A DNA stretch of 64,000 nt. It comes from Entomortierella parvispora E1425. Lineage: Eukaryota; Fungi; Mortierellomycota. Below, in pieces: positions 11,028 to 24,125 of the stretch; position 1 is the first letter of the stretch, and each line of letters opens with the position of its first letter. The position numbers and the translations under genes were made by a program. The stretch spans positions 62,001 to 126,000 of the forward strand of contig BQFW01000013.1 in assembly GCA_020891255.1 (NCBI GenBank), read 5' to 3'. The notes under the pieces are model-generated. The model saw only the letters and a list, made by a program, of their open reading frames with translations, had not been told where the DNA came from and searched no databases.

Positions 11028-13277
11028 ATGTCCGTCGCCTCGCGTGCCCTGCGCGCTTCGGTCCGAGTCGCCACCAACAACGCTGCTCCGAGACGTTCTT
11101 TCCTTACCATCGCTTCGGCCCTGCAGCGTCAGCGCCCTCTTGCTCTTGCTGGCCGTGTTGCCTTCAACAGTGCCCATCGCGCCACTGGAAACTCTCTTCG
11201 TGCCTTTTCCCAGTCCGTACCCCGTCTTTCCGAAGAGGGCGAGGGCGAGGAGGAGGACCCTACCAAGGCTGAACGTTTTGCGGACGAGACTGATGTTGTT
11301 ATTGTCGGTGGCGGACCTGCTGGTCTCAGTGCCGCCATCAAGCTCAAGCAGCTCGCCAATGCCGACGGTCGTGAGCTCCGAGTCGTTTTGCTCGAGAAAG
11401 CCGGAGAGATCGGTATGATGCTCAGCCCCTTATTCCTCATAAAGTCGACTAGATCACTGTTGCATGCCGAGGATCAGGGCTAACACACCATTCTATTGCC
11501 TTCCTTTAACCCCTCGACAGGTGCCCACACACTCTCTGGAGCTGTTCTCGAACCCCGTGCCTTGAACGAGTTGATTCCTGACTGGAAGGAGAAGGGTGTA
11601 GGTTTTCTGCCGGTGCTTCTTTACCTGATTTAGTTGCAACCCTCACGCCACAATGGGGCCATCTGTTGGGGGATAGTCCGGTTGATCCAACAAGTGCCTT
11701 GTTGTTTAACCGTTTTACATCTTCTGGTATTTTTTAGGCACCCCTGAATCAACCCGCCCTCAGCGATCAGATGAAGCTCTTCACCAAGAACTATGCCATC
11801 CCCTTGCCCCATCCTCCCCAGATGAACAACAAGGGCAACTACATTGTTTCCCTCAGCAACTATGTCAAATGGCTTGGCGAGCAGGCCGAGGAGGCCGGAG
11901 TGGAGGTCTTCCCCGGATTCTCTGCCAGTGAGGTAAAAAGGAAAAAGTGACTCTTTTTGATTTTTTTTCCCACGGCCGACTCACTCGAAAACAACATTGC
12001 TCACGGTGCGACCTTAATTTTGTTGTCATTAGATCCTCTACAACGACGATGGCAGTGTCAAAGGAGTAGCCACCTGTGACGTTGGATTGGACAAGAACTT
12101 CAAGCCCAAGGATAGCTTTGAACGTGGCATGGAGTTCCACGCCAAGGTGACTCTCTTTGCAGAGGGGTGCCACGGCTCCTTGACGAAGAAGCTGTTCCGT
12201 CAATTCAACCTCCGCGACGAGTGCGATCCCCAAACCTATGGTATCGGAATCAAGGAGGTGTGGAAGATTGACCCCAGCAAATCCAAGCCCGGCACTGTAG
12301 TTCACGGTTTGGGCTGGCCCATTGACAACTCGACCTACGGAGGCTCCTTCATCTACCACATGGGCGAGGATATGCTGAGCTTGGGATTGGTTGTAGGTCT
12401 TGACTACGAAAACCCTTACATGAACCCCTACAAGGAGTTCCAGCGTTTCAAGCACCACCCCTTCGTGAAGGATCTTTTGGAGGGCGGAGAGTGCATGACC
12501 TACGGTGCTCGTGCTATTAACGAAGGAGGTCTTCAATCCATCCCCAAGCTGCACTTCCCCGGTGGAGCTCTCATTGGATGCACTGCTGGTTTCTTGAACT
12601 TGATCAAGATCAAGGGCACCCACACTGCCATGAAGTCGGGAATGTTGGCAGCAGAGTCTGCCTACGCCGCCATCACATCCGACAGCTACTCCGAGGAGAA
12701 GCCTATTGTGATGGAAGACTTTGACAAGAAGGTCAAGGACAGCTGGATCTGGAAGGAGTTGTACGAGATCCGTAACTGCAGACCCAGTTTCCACACTCCT
12801 CTCGGAAATCTCGGAGGTGTCATCTATTCTGGTATCGATACTATCCTCCTCAAGGGTCGCACCCCATGGACCTTCCACAACACTACCCCAGACCATGCTC
12901 GCCTCCGTGTCGCCAAGGAGTCGGACAAGATCGACTACCCCAAGCCCGATGGTGTCATTTCATTTGACCTCTTGACCTCAGTTTCCAGGACAGGAACCAA
13001 CCATGCCGAGAACCAGCCTGTACACTTGCGTTTGAAGGACAAGGATGTGCCCGTGAAGCGCAACTTGAAGTATTTTGACGGACCTGAGGGACGTTTCTGC
13101 CCCGCTGGTGTGTACGAGTTTGTGGATGACGAGAACGGTCCCGCTGGAGCCAAGCGCCTTCAAATCAACTCTCAAAACTGCATTCACTGCAAAACGTGCG
13201 ATATCAAGGATCCCAGCCAAAATATCGACTGGACCGTGCCAGAGGGTGGCGGAGGACCCCAGTACTCGTACACGTAA
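11028..13277 (+). CDS. ETFDH: Electron transfer flavoprotein-ubiquinone oxidoreductase, mitochondrial, 633 aa
   Basis: Exons 11028-11412, 11521-11597, 11738-11932, 12033-13277. FAD motif [37 protein letters not shown], and 4Fe-4S motifs RFCPAGVYE and [13 protein letters not shown]. Confidence 0.97.
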
Positions 13278-13465
13278 ACAATCACGCTGCTGTTGCGTCC
13301 TTACCCCCTATCATCACAATAGCCCATCACTGCACATAGTCAAAGCACACAAATACAACTTTTTTTAGACAAATTGATGAAATGATATGATATTGGCCTC
13401 ACTCTATTCAGTGATTGCGGACAATATTCCTTCGACCATTACTCTTTCCATTTCGATTTCTCAAA

Positions 13466-14613
13466 ATGACGCAGTCGATTCTACTTGTAGGTCGCAAGTC
13501 TTACCTAGGCCACAATCTCTGGAGTCAGCTCAAGGATTCGCACAGTTTTGAAATCTATCCTGACAATGACGACAAACTGAGTGAAAATGATTTGAAGCGG
13601 GCCTTCCGAGAGCGAGTAGCCACTCAGGGTATCAACTGGATTCTCATCATCCCAAGCCCAAACTTGCTTTGCCGCGTTAAGGTCTTCCAGGCTCTGAAAG
13701 AAGTCTTTTCCGAGGCTGTAAGGGATGGAGCTGACAAGTTACCGAATGTGATGTTTTTCTCTCATGTTGGCGCAGACGAGATGGCCCGAAAGGACGATCG
13801 CAAGATCTTGGCCCAGTTTTTTGGTTTTGAAAAATTTCTCTTTTCTACTTTCAAGGACGCCAGACAGGCTGTCATTGTGATCAGGTAATAATACGCCGGT
13901 TTGGGGAGCAAAGGAGCAAAAAATACAAAGATACTATTCTAAAGAAGAGCCTCTACCCCTCCGCGCATGGTGTCTAGGGTAGCCATGTTTCAAGAACAAC
14001 TGTATTTCCTGTGGCCAGGCTTTTTGCAAGGCATCCTGCCCTGCCCACTTGCTTGCAACATCAATCCCGTGGCGGTCCAGGACGTGATTGATTTCGTCCG
14101 CGAGGTGGTTGATCCCAAGAGTTGTCGATATGTCCTTCGACAGATCTTTACGATCACGGGGGATAAATGGTCCCAAGAAAGAGATCGCCTGCTTCGAATC
14201 CTCAAAAACCACAACATTGACCAAGGTTCTGGGTCAAGCAATGGTTTATTTCTGACCTATGATCCGATGGTAAAGCAGTGCTATGAAGACGCCTTGCCTT
14301 CTTTCCACCACTATGATCGCCGGACTGTGCAACCACCACTCTGGCCATCGACTGCTGAGATACAACTGATCGAAGGTAAGGCAGGAAAACGGAGGAGGGG
14401 AAAAAAAAAAAAAGAAAAAAATCAGAAACGGAAGAGGCGGCTGATCATTCGTTTGTTTTCCTGGCAACAGAATACATTTGGTTCGCGAACTGGAGCGGTG
14501 GTCCTGCAGCTGCGACCAGCCCGCATCTCGAGTTTGTGCTCGGTCGAAAGCCAACATCTGCTCAAAAGGTTGTCGATGTGCTTATCAGCGCGCTCTCCGT
14601 CATCTCATCGTAA
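13466..14613 (+). CDS. NmrA-like / atypical SDR Rossmann-fold protein with degenerate dinucleotide motif, ~319 aa
   Basis: Exons 13466-13884, 13978-14375, 14471-14613, phases consistent. N-terminal ILLVGRKSYLG, PVAVQDV and terminal LEFVLGRKPTS resemble the NmrA family. Family call comes from remembered motifs. Confidence 0.6.
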
Positions 14614-14713
14614 TTCAGGCCCTGGATACATTGTGATCGCATGCTCGAAATAAAGCGTGTGGATGCTATACAGTTGGTTTTATGGTGCTTTCTATGATGT
14701 TCTATGATAACCT

Positions 14714-16065
14714 CTACTTCTCCATTTGTCTCCGGACCTCCTCGGCAAAGTCAACAGTCTCGGCCTTGACCATGCCCTCGCCACGCTCCCACCGGATAGC
14801 GTCGACGACCTTGATTCTCAATCCCTCCTCCTTGGCAATCTTGGCAATCACCTGCTCGACCTTGCCGCCGCCAAACACAAAGGGTTGTCTCATCAACACA
14901 CGCTCATCCAACCAAGCATCGACCTCTTCTGGGGGAGCATGACCACCGTTCGAGATCTCCAATGGGATCTTGCAGTCCTCCTGATGAATGGTCACTGAGG
15001 GGGAAGCAATCAAATGGCGGGTCAATTGTCTCGACAGCTTGGTAATGTTCTCAGAAGGCACGACCTTCTTGGATCCTCCTTGCTTGGAGACAAGGGTCAA
15101 GACTGAGAGGGCACCCATCTTGCCAGCATAGGGGTGCTTGTCACCGCCATGGGTGGCTCCACCAGTCAAGACCAATCCACGCTGGTTCTCTGGAATGTGA
15201 ACGACGGCGCAGCGGCGAAGAGAGATGTTCTCGCCCAACTTTCCAATCATCTTTGTGATAGATCCCTGAACAGTGTCGAATTCCTCAGTGGATGATCCAG
15301 CAGCAGCAGAGGGGTCGGGAAGGAGGGGAGCCTGGAGCAACTCCTCGACAGAAACATCCTGAACAAGACCCTTCTTCTCACCAGAGGCAGCGGCAGAGCC
15401 GTCAACGACCAAAAGAGCGGTGGAGGCGATCTGGCTCACGAGACCCTTGAAGAGGTCGTTTCTGGAGACAAAGTCGGTCTCGCAGTTGAGCTAGAGGAGA
15501 AAGAGATGACGCGACGTGGATTTGATTGTCAGTCAAAGAACGTTCAGAGGGTTCCTTGTACTTTTGCGATACTATCCAAACGATCCAGTCCTTGTAGGTT
15601 GGCGAGATCCGACTGCCCATGCTCCTTGGTAAAAAGCCCATCAATGTAGATGTCTGTCTTCCTGACGTCGACTCTTTCTCAGCATTGGATCCTGATTTGA
15701 CTATTCAAAAGTGAGGAGAGGCTTACCTCAACAATGGCTCCACGGTTGCCATGCTCGCCCACGTTTCCAACAACGACGCCGACAAGACCCTCCAGAGCCT
15801 GGCGGTCCTTGAGCTTCTCAGCCTTCTTGATTCCGGCCTTGGCCTCGTCCTCTCGGACCCATTCAAGAGCCTTCTCGAGATCATTGTTGGTTTGAATGAG
15901 TGCCTCCTTGGCCTTCATCATGGAGATGCCCTCGATCGTCTTTCTAATCTCGGCCAACATCTTGATGTTGGGCTTGATCGCGGTGGTGGCAGCGGTCGAA
16001 TAAGCGGAGGCGTTGCGCAAGAGAAGGGCCCTGGCGGGGGCAGCAGCAAAGACGGAGCGGAACAT
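14714..16065 (-). CDS. TSFM: Mitochondrial translation elongation factor Ts, ~371 aa
   Basis: Exons 16065-15727 and 15490-14714. Presequence, UBA-like MLAEIRKTIEGISMMKAKEAL, signature VELNCETDFV spanning the junction, IGKLGENISLRR, RWERGEG. Confidence 0.95.
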
Positions 16066-16371
16066 GGTCGCTGAAAGAGATAGGGAGTGGTCTGTCTGCA
16101 GTCGGAGGGGTGAAGGAAAAGAGAAGAAAGGAACCGGAAAGTACTGCACTGGTCGTAAGGTGTGGGAGAGTTTCCCGATCCAGCACACAGTGACACAGGC
16201 ACGAACGGAGGGATGGATGGATCATGTGACATGACTGCTTTTCATCGATCTTTTTTTTTTTTTTTTCTGCTCTTCTCTTCCTCTCCTCTTCCGACAGCCC
16301 CTGCCCTGCCTGCATCTGCATGGCATGGCATATCATATCATTCAATGTCCGTGTGTGCCGGACACAGCGGC

Positions 16372-16373
<2 letters not shown>

Positions 16374-16405
<32 letters not shown>

Positions 16406-16529
16406 TAACAAGCATGCATTGCATGCTCTTTGTCATCTTTCTCTTCTTCTCTCCCACTCGCATTCATCCTTGGCCCATCCCTCTCTCCTCTCCTCTCCTC
16501 TCCTCTCCTCTCCTCTCCTCTCCTCTCCT
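16374..16529. repeat. Microsatellites (CTGG)8 and (CTCCT)~9 in the TSFM/thioesterase divergent promoter
   Basis: Direct reading: 16374-16405 and ~16485-16529. Confidence 0.9.
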
Positions 16530-16617
16530 TTCCTCCTACCTTCACATCCACTCTTCCCTAATCTCATTCAGTCATTCATTCATTCATTCCCGCACTCTCA
16601 CATCCCTTCTATACACC

Positions 16618-17897
16618 ATGCTCAAAACTGTCCCCAGCCAGCCTCTGAACCGGGTCGCTCGGTGCTTGGTCGTCTCCGCCAGGTCCCGATCAACGACCCC
16701 TCTTCAACATCCCCGCCGATCTGGCCTCTACTCCACTAGCTCCCACAACGCTTCCACCACCAACACTGTCTCTCCTCCTTCTCATCAGTCAGGCGGCGAT
16801 CCTTCTAGCCCACCAACCGCCACCGGCGGAAGCTTTTCCCGCTGGATTCAACGGTTCACCCTTATGTCCACGTCTGCCGCCTTTGGTGCGTTTGCCTACT
16901 CAAAGATGGATCCCGCCAGCATGGGAGGATTTTCGACAATGCCTGTGGGCAAGATGCAACCCACCATTCTTGGAACCGAGGCTCCAGATCAGCCCTTCCC
17001 TTCTTCGAACAACAAGCCTACACCTGAAAAGGCTGAGGAGTTGAAGCGATCCGTGGTTTTGCAACGTGAAATGATGGAGTTGGATCTGGTGCATGAGTAC
17101 AAAGTCAAGGTCAAGGACGGCGAATGGAAAGAAGCCGACCCATATTGGTACCTGACCAAAGTGACAGAACCCCATCATTTGACTGCGGGCACGTTGAGGG
17201 GCGAAAACATGTTGAGTGTACACCCATTGAAGTTTGAGAGAAAGGACAAGAAAGCGATCGTTTTGTTTATGCATTTGGGACGGAGTCTGTGCGGTCATGA
17301 TCGGATCATCCATGGTGGTCTCTTGGCGACCCTTCTTGGTAAGACGGAGAAGACCGAATCGTGTTTTTTTTTTTTTTTTTTTTTTTTTGTAGATTTGGTG
17401 GCGTTATCATTCGTGATGTCTATCCATCACAGACCAACTCGACTGACCCCTGGCATTCCTTTATTCTTTATCTATAACTGCTTGATTATCTTTAGACGAG
17501 GCCACTGGCATGGTGGTAAGTGGTGCTTTCTTTCGTACCTTGATTCTTTGCTGCCGTGAAACCAGCTGTCGAGATGACTCTACGGCCTCGTGGCTCACGC
17601 TTTCGAATGCTTCATTCATTCTTTTTCTAGGCTCTCCCTAACCTCCCATACCACATTGGATTCACCGCCAATTTGAATGTCAACTACCGCAAGCCTGTCA
17701 AGGCTGATCAGTTTGTGATGGTCAAGGCCGAGTTTGAAAACATTGAGGGTCGCAAGGGCTACACCATCGCCAGCATTCACGACTTGCATGGCAACACGTT
17801 GGTGGAGTGCTCTGCCCTCTATATTTCGCCCAAGAACCCCATTGGAATGGTCGCCAACTATGTCAAGAACTCTCTTGGTCTCAATGGGTCTTCGTAA
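16618..17897 (+). CDS. PaaI/hotdog-fold acyl-CoA thioesterase (THEM4/Fmp10-like), probably mitochondrial, ~335 aa
   Basis: Exons 16618-17338, 17496-17515 (20 nt), 17631-17897. LGRSLCGHDRIIHGGLLATLLDE and FTANLNVNYRKPVKADQFV; Arg-rich N-terminus. Confidence 0.9.
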
Positions 17898-20800
17898 GAT
17901 CAATGGCTACCAGGATGGGTCAAAAGATATATTTTTTTTTTCGCGTTGTAGAGCAGAAAAATTATTCAACAACGATAGAAATATAGAACCATAGACAAAT
18001 CTACAGGTGGATATGTATTGAGAAATAGAAGGGAGATGTGCAGGATACGCGACTAAGCCGGCTCACACATTGCTTACATCAACAGCTCTGCCCTCTCTAT
18101 TTGAAGGCACAAGGTCAAGTTGCCCTTATAAGGAGTGCTTGGACTGAGGGGTTATTTCAGGTGGATCATGAAATTCGCTAGGAGGATTTTTTTTTAGCAG
18201 GGCATGCAATTGTACTGTACTGTAGTCTAGTTCATGAGAGCTGGTTTCCCATGAGCAGCGAGGTGGCACCACTAGGATTATGATTTCAAAAACATGCGAG
18301 TTTGTGAGCGCTGAGCTGGCGAAGTTTTTAGTCTGCTAGTTGGTCCCTTGTCTACAATTGCTCCTACCGGTACATAAAGCAGGAAGGACCTGTTTGTAAA
18401 AACGGATCCAATCTCTTCAAGATCTTTAGAACGTTGAACAGACTTTTAGAGTCGGTTGCCAGCGTGGGAGGAGCAGGGGGCAGCCGTTATCTCACTCTCT
18501 CACGCTCGTCCCCACTTTTTTGATCCGTCCATCTTTGGTGGACATGCATGTCGCTGCAGGTTTTCCATTCATTGGACCCATATCGGATCAAAAGGTCCAA
18601 GCTCAGACAACACACTGCATTGCTACTGAATGATGCGTTCATTGCATTTGGTACAAAGTGGAGCAAAATTGTTTTAGTAAGATGTTATTATTGCGATTTG
18701 TCGAAAATAATCTCGCAGAGCGACCATGGTTGGCTGTCTGGGTCCAGAAAAAGAAAAATAGTTGGCCAAAAAGTAATGGCTGGATGTGAATATCTCACTT
18801 GTTTTCTTCTACTGCTGCTGCTGGGGAAGAAGCTGGGGTAAGGAGCTGGGGAAAAGTTATTTATACAACGTGCATGCCGTTGCAATGAAGAGCTACAAGG
18901 TTTTAACGGTAACGAGAAAAGACGGGACCAGAGGGGAGGGGGAAAGGCCCCTTGGCCTTGAATTCTCGGCTAAAGATCATGTCGGGGAATAATTCGAAAA
19001 AGCTGGACGTGAATGACGATCAGATCTTTGGGCACAAAAAGAAGAATGGTAACCAGGAGGGTACGCGATCTCAACGGATATGTCGTTTCTAGAATGAACA
19101 CCGCGAGGAGCACGCCACCATAGTCGAAAAGAAGAAATGTTGCAATCTGATCTGCCGTTTGGGGGTAGAGTGTTTCCCCCCACTTTCACTTGCAGTTAGC
19201 TGTTGAGAAGAATGTGCCAGTGCAGATGGAACCTGTTGTGTACAGTACATTCCTGGTTTTCCTGATCTTCCGCGATGTTCTTTTGATCCGAGCCTCGGAA
19301 GCGCTTCCATGCTCGTGTTCGCCCCCCACTCCCCCGCACAGAATGATCACATCCCGAGGGCTGACCGACGAGAAAACACAACACAGGTATGTACAGTACA
19401 TGTATACTCTGAAGTACCGGTACTGCGAATACATGCTAGATTGCCCCTTCTTGAGCCAATTATCCACCGGGGACTGCGCTCTTACCTTATGACTTGATTG
19501 ACACGCTCATTATTGGTCTACTTGTCAAAAGAAGCTTACCTGTCCATGTGCCAGTCTTCTGTCGCAAAAGGAAGAAAACTCTTTTTTTTTTTTTTTTTTT
19601 GGTTGTTGTTCATCTCGGGAGTTGGATCCGAAGGGGCGCAATATCGCTTTTGTGCAACCAAGAAAACTCACACAGCAGAAAAAACATTGAAGAAAGACAA
19701 GGGTCGACCCATTGTGAGTGAGGGCGAATTCCTCTTGGCGTCAAAATAAAAAAGTAAAAAAAATTGAGGCAAATCAAATTGCTGCGTGTCGAGCCAGGGG
19801 TGAAAGAAGAGGGCATGCGCCATTGGTCGCCATCGTCCTCCGTTCCCAGGACAGTTGCTGGCTACACATGATCCCCCTGTGCCTGTGGCCCTAAGCATCA
19901 AGACTAAGGATTGCTGGCGACAGCACGGTCGATGCGACAAGGCGACCTTCCACCTGGAAAAGGAAGCCAAACAGGGAAAGGTGAGTTCAAAAATAAGTCA
20001 ATTTGATCAACCAGCCAATAGGAAACAGCGGCAGCAGGCGTGTGTCTTGTGTGACGATGAAGGGCCAGGAACCCAAACCCTGCGGTCTGAAGGTGGACAA
20101 TAGGCCGATTGGAGGAGGCGACAGGTGGCAAGGAGCCGCAACTTCTTTCAGCCCTGCTGCTGCTGCTGCTGGCCTTGTCGGCTTTGGTGCCCGGTGTTTG
20201 TTGTTGTTGTTGAGTTTAACTGGTCAGAGCTCTTGTCACTCGTTGATCCATCCATCATATCAATCACAAGAGTTGCGTTGCTGCTGTGGGGGAGGACAGG
20301 ACAGAGGTCAAGACAGAAGGCAAGACAGTGCGCCAGAGAGTTGGGGGTGGGGAGGATTGCTAGCACTCTGCGCCCCAATTCATGACCAGGGTAGGAACAA
20401 CAGACAGGAAAGAGACCAAAGAAAGGAACGAGGGATTTATTTGCGGCGGAGTCGAGTTGAACGAAGTCGTCCTCCCCTCTCCAAGCCCAGTGCGTCTACA
20501 ATATATTCATGTACATCCCACCCTGCGGTCCCTGTCTGGCCATCGATGCTCCGTCTGCGTGTCGGATGGACTCCGTGGCCGCCGATTCAATTGCAAACTA
20601 AACACAGAAGTCTATTGCAATACGACTGTGATCTGTGCCGAAGTCAAGAGAGGTGAAGAGAGGTGAAGAGAGTCCGTTCACCGTGGAGATCGCCCTCTGG
20701 CTATTTTCGCATGCCATTTATCCCCCTCTTTCATTCACTCAATTCTTTCTCCACAGATTCAATACTCGTTGCACCCCTGGCTCCAACATGTTCAGCGCTG

Positions 20801-21439
20801 TGTGATATGGGATGGCACCCTTCCTGTCGTGTCGTTTTCTTCTTTCTTCCTTCTCTGTGTCGCTGCTTCTCCTCTGGTTCTCTTCCTTTTCCTCCCCTTC
20901 TTGTCGCTTCCATACTCATTCTCATTGCTGTCTCCTCTCTCCATTCACTTCTCGTCCTCATTCCACTATTCCTTAACCGATGCCATTGCATTCAAGATCT
21001 ACTTGTTCAACCCTTCCTTCACTTTTTTACTTTAGTCACCAACTGTAACAACCTGCCAACACGTTGCTTCCAGCCTAAAAAACAGGATAGCAGTGCCCAC
21101 CTTACTTCCTCTTTCCTCTTGCCAATTGCATCCCACATAGTCGTCATCAGACGTGTTGTTTGTGCTCCCCTGTTAGAAGCAAGTCCAAATCATATCTTGT
21201 CTTCCACAAAAGGGAAGCAAATCCACCTCCCGTTCATCATTTCCCAAACTGTTCCTGGCGTTTGATCCTTGCGTGCGCTCTCGGACACTTCTTTTTTTCT
21301 CTCTCTTTTTTTTACGCCAAACATCAACAACTTCATTCTCCTTTGTCTGCCTACTTCTCCTCCTCGTGCAATTGACGGATTGGACTGTCTTTGTTGACCT
21401 GGCCTTGGTTATATCTTTGCTGCAGATTTTTTGATTTGA

Positions 21440-24125
21440 ATGCCAAGCATCCTTGCTCCTTCCCAGGCCTTGGCACCGAACCTACCACAAAAGTCAGCCA
21501 CTATGACGAGTCCTGCCTCTCTCCACTCTACATTCGGCATCAAACACTATCCTCGCCATGATTCTCCTCGTCAGCAGCAGGAGCAACAACAATTACCCTA
21601 TTATCATTCGCAACCGAGTCAATACCACTTTAATGAAGCTCAGCAAGAGATCAATATGGAGCAGGTAGAGGAGCCTCTACCTGATCAGCTCAATCACTCA
21701 CCTCGCAATGAAAACCATTATCCTCACCACTACCAGCATTACCATCAGCAGGGGCAGCACCGTCAATACGCGCACCAGCCTTACCATAATCTTCCTCAGT
21801 CTACGGACGAGAGCAACAAAGAGATAGAAGGGAACGATGGTCAAGATCAGGATGAAGAAAACGAGCACGGCGACGATCAATATCATCACCCATATGGTCA
21901 TGGCGCACGCAGTGCATACAACAGTGCCTACAATAGCGAGAACGAGGATATCAACATGGACGGTGTGGCGCTTAGAGGGGACCTTGATTTGGACCATGAC
22001 ATGACAGACCTTCCTTCTTCCTCTTCTGCATCATCGTCTTCTTGTTCGCTCACAACCACCCCCGCACTCTCCAGCAAAAACTCAATTGCTGCCACGCACA
22101 AGCATTGCCCCTATCCTCCACAACAACTGGATCACTCTCATCGACCACAACACAGTTTGCTTCCCGCACCCTCATCCTCACCTTCCGCCACTTCCCCTAA
22201 TACTCCCTCAAAAGCAAAGCAGTCCAACTCCTCATCCGCAGCAGTAGGCGCCTTGGCAATTAAGCCCCGACCCGCTCTCCGCCCTCTTCTCCCTTCTCGC
22301 CCGACAAGTCCACAGCCAATGATCCCTTCACGGTCAAACAACGATTCTGACAATACCATCCACGTCGGCTCTGGTCCCTCTTCGAGCTCCATGTCGTCGT
22401 CCTCAAGACCACAGAACAGCGCTGTGCCTCTGTTTGGGAGCACAAACACAAGCACAAGCCAAACCGGCGAGGCCACTAGCAGTGCCAGTAACAATGACAG
22501 CACCAGCAGCACCACCACCGTCAAGACGCGTCAATCCGCGTACAAGATCAATGGCCTGAACATTCTTAACCGTAACAGTCTCGACAGCCGTACTGCCCTT
22601 GAGATGATTCGTCGTCGACGTGAGAACCACAACCATGTGGAACGCCGTCGCCGCGACACACTGAACTCGACAATATTGAACATTGCCGAGATCTTGCCCA
22701 ACTGTACCCCGAGTGCCAAGCTAAACAAGGGCACAATCCTCCGCCTTGCACTGGATCATTTGCGGGTAATGGAGCAAAAACTTTTTTTTTTTTTTTTTTT
22801 TGCACTGTCGCTTGTTTTCCATCTATCGCCACCAACAACGCCGTGAAGCTCATTGACTGATAATCTTCCATCCATCTCCTTTGTGTGTCGCACAGTCTCT
22901 TCACGCCGAGAACCATTCGCTTAGATCCGAGAATGCGGCACTGCGGTTCTTCTACCAAGGCCCGTCAACGAAGCGCCCAGAGTCGCGCTCATCTGGCCCA
23001 TCGGGTCCTTCCCCGCCCTTGCTGTCATTATCGTCCTCAAACACACCTGCTGCCGCACCTTTCAGCCTCTCCCACAGCCATCCTTCATCGCGTGGGTTCT
23101 CCATGTCTACACCTTCGTTGTCTCAGATGTCAAATACGAGCATTCCACCTATTATCCCTGGTCCTGGAAAGGGCATGATCCCCGCTCTGGAGGTCCGTCC
23201 TGGCTCGGCTGCCAACAGTCCTCCAGGCCAGCATTTACCTTTTCCCGCTGCCAGTGCAAACATCAGTGGTCATTTCATCGGTGGAGCCAAGCGATCCATG
23301 TCGGCCAATGGCCATTTGCAGCCGGTCTCTTTCAGAAACCAGCAGCCATCCCCCAGAATGTCGCCTTCTCCTGGTGCCCACTCAAGGAAGGGTCCTGGCA
23401 GTGGCAGTGGGATAATTACGTCAAGCCCTTGTCCATCCCCCACCATGGAAACGATGTCCATGCCATTATCAGCACCTCAGCCAGTATCGGCACCTATGAA
23501 TGCCATCCATGCCATGGCCAATGCACTACCCAGTGTCCCTGCCAGTCATCAGCATTCAGCCGCTGTCTCTGCAGCTGCCGCAGCTGCGGCCGCCGCGGCC
23601 AGTCGCGCCTCGAGCGGGACTCCTCAGCCATCGCCTCTCGTGCGCCATCAAAAGAGCCACAGTGGAGAGAGCAGCAGCAGCAGCCACTCTGGTGCTGGTT
23701 ATAATCCACTGACGATGCATCATCATCACCATCATCACCATCATCATCATTCTCCACAGCAGCAATCTCAATCGCTTCAGATGCAAACTCAACAGAAGCA
23801 GCCACCACTTCAGCTCCATCCACTCGGTCCTGGCAGCCATGGCTCGTATCCGGGCCATGGCACCAGACTTCCCTCCCTTGAATCTTTGACTGACTCCTCG
23901 AGTCCGATGACCTCGCCCCGTCAAGGACCAAACAGTTCTTTGAGTCGAGCCTCTCCCTCCCTCAACCTGCCCGGGCCAATGGATTCTTTAGGACAACATC
24001 AGCATCAGCAGCAACAGTTGCAGCGTCAAGCTCCAAACGGCCAGGGACAGCCTCCTAGCTATAATCGCGTCCATCCTCTGGAGAATCTCAATCATCCTAC
24101 GTTGCCACCAATTACACGTCCGTGA
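21440..24125 (+). CDS. bHLH-ZIP transcription factor (Cbf1/USF/Rtg3 class), ~851 aa
   Basis: Exons 21440-22765 and 22896-24125. RRENHNHVERRRRDTLNSTILNIAEILP...KLNKGTILRLALDHLRSLHAENHSLRSEN; flanks are low-complexity. Confidence 0.9.

Noticed and set aside
11865-12896. 343-aa antisense ORF over ETFDH, and similar ones over ARC1 (60766-61607)
   Set aside because: Shadow ORFs explained by the strong codon bias of highly expressed genes; no independent motifs.
14376-14653. Retention of NmrA-like intron 2 stays open and encodes an NLS-like KRRRGKKKKEKNQKRKRR
   Set aside because: Arises from an ordinary intronic polyA tract, which is common throughout this window.
20003-21265. 200-aa-class ORFs in intergenic DNA (also 31495-32127, 32865-33455, 51616-52212, 57399-58130)
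   Set aside because: Largely pyrimidine- or repeat-rich sequence depleted of stop codons; L/S/F/P-rich translations with no motifs.
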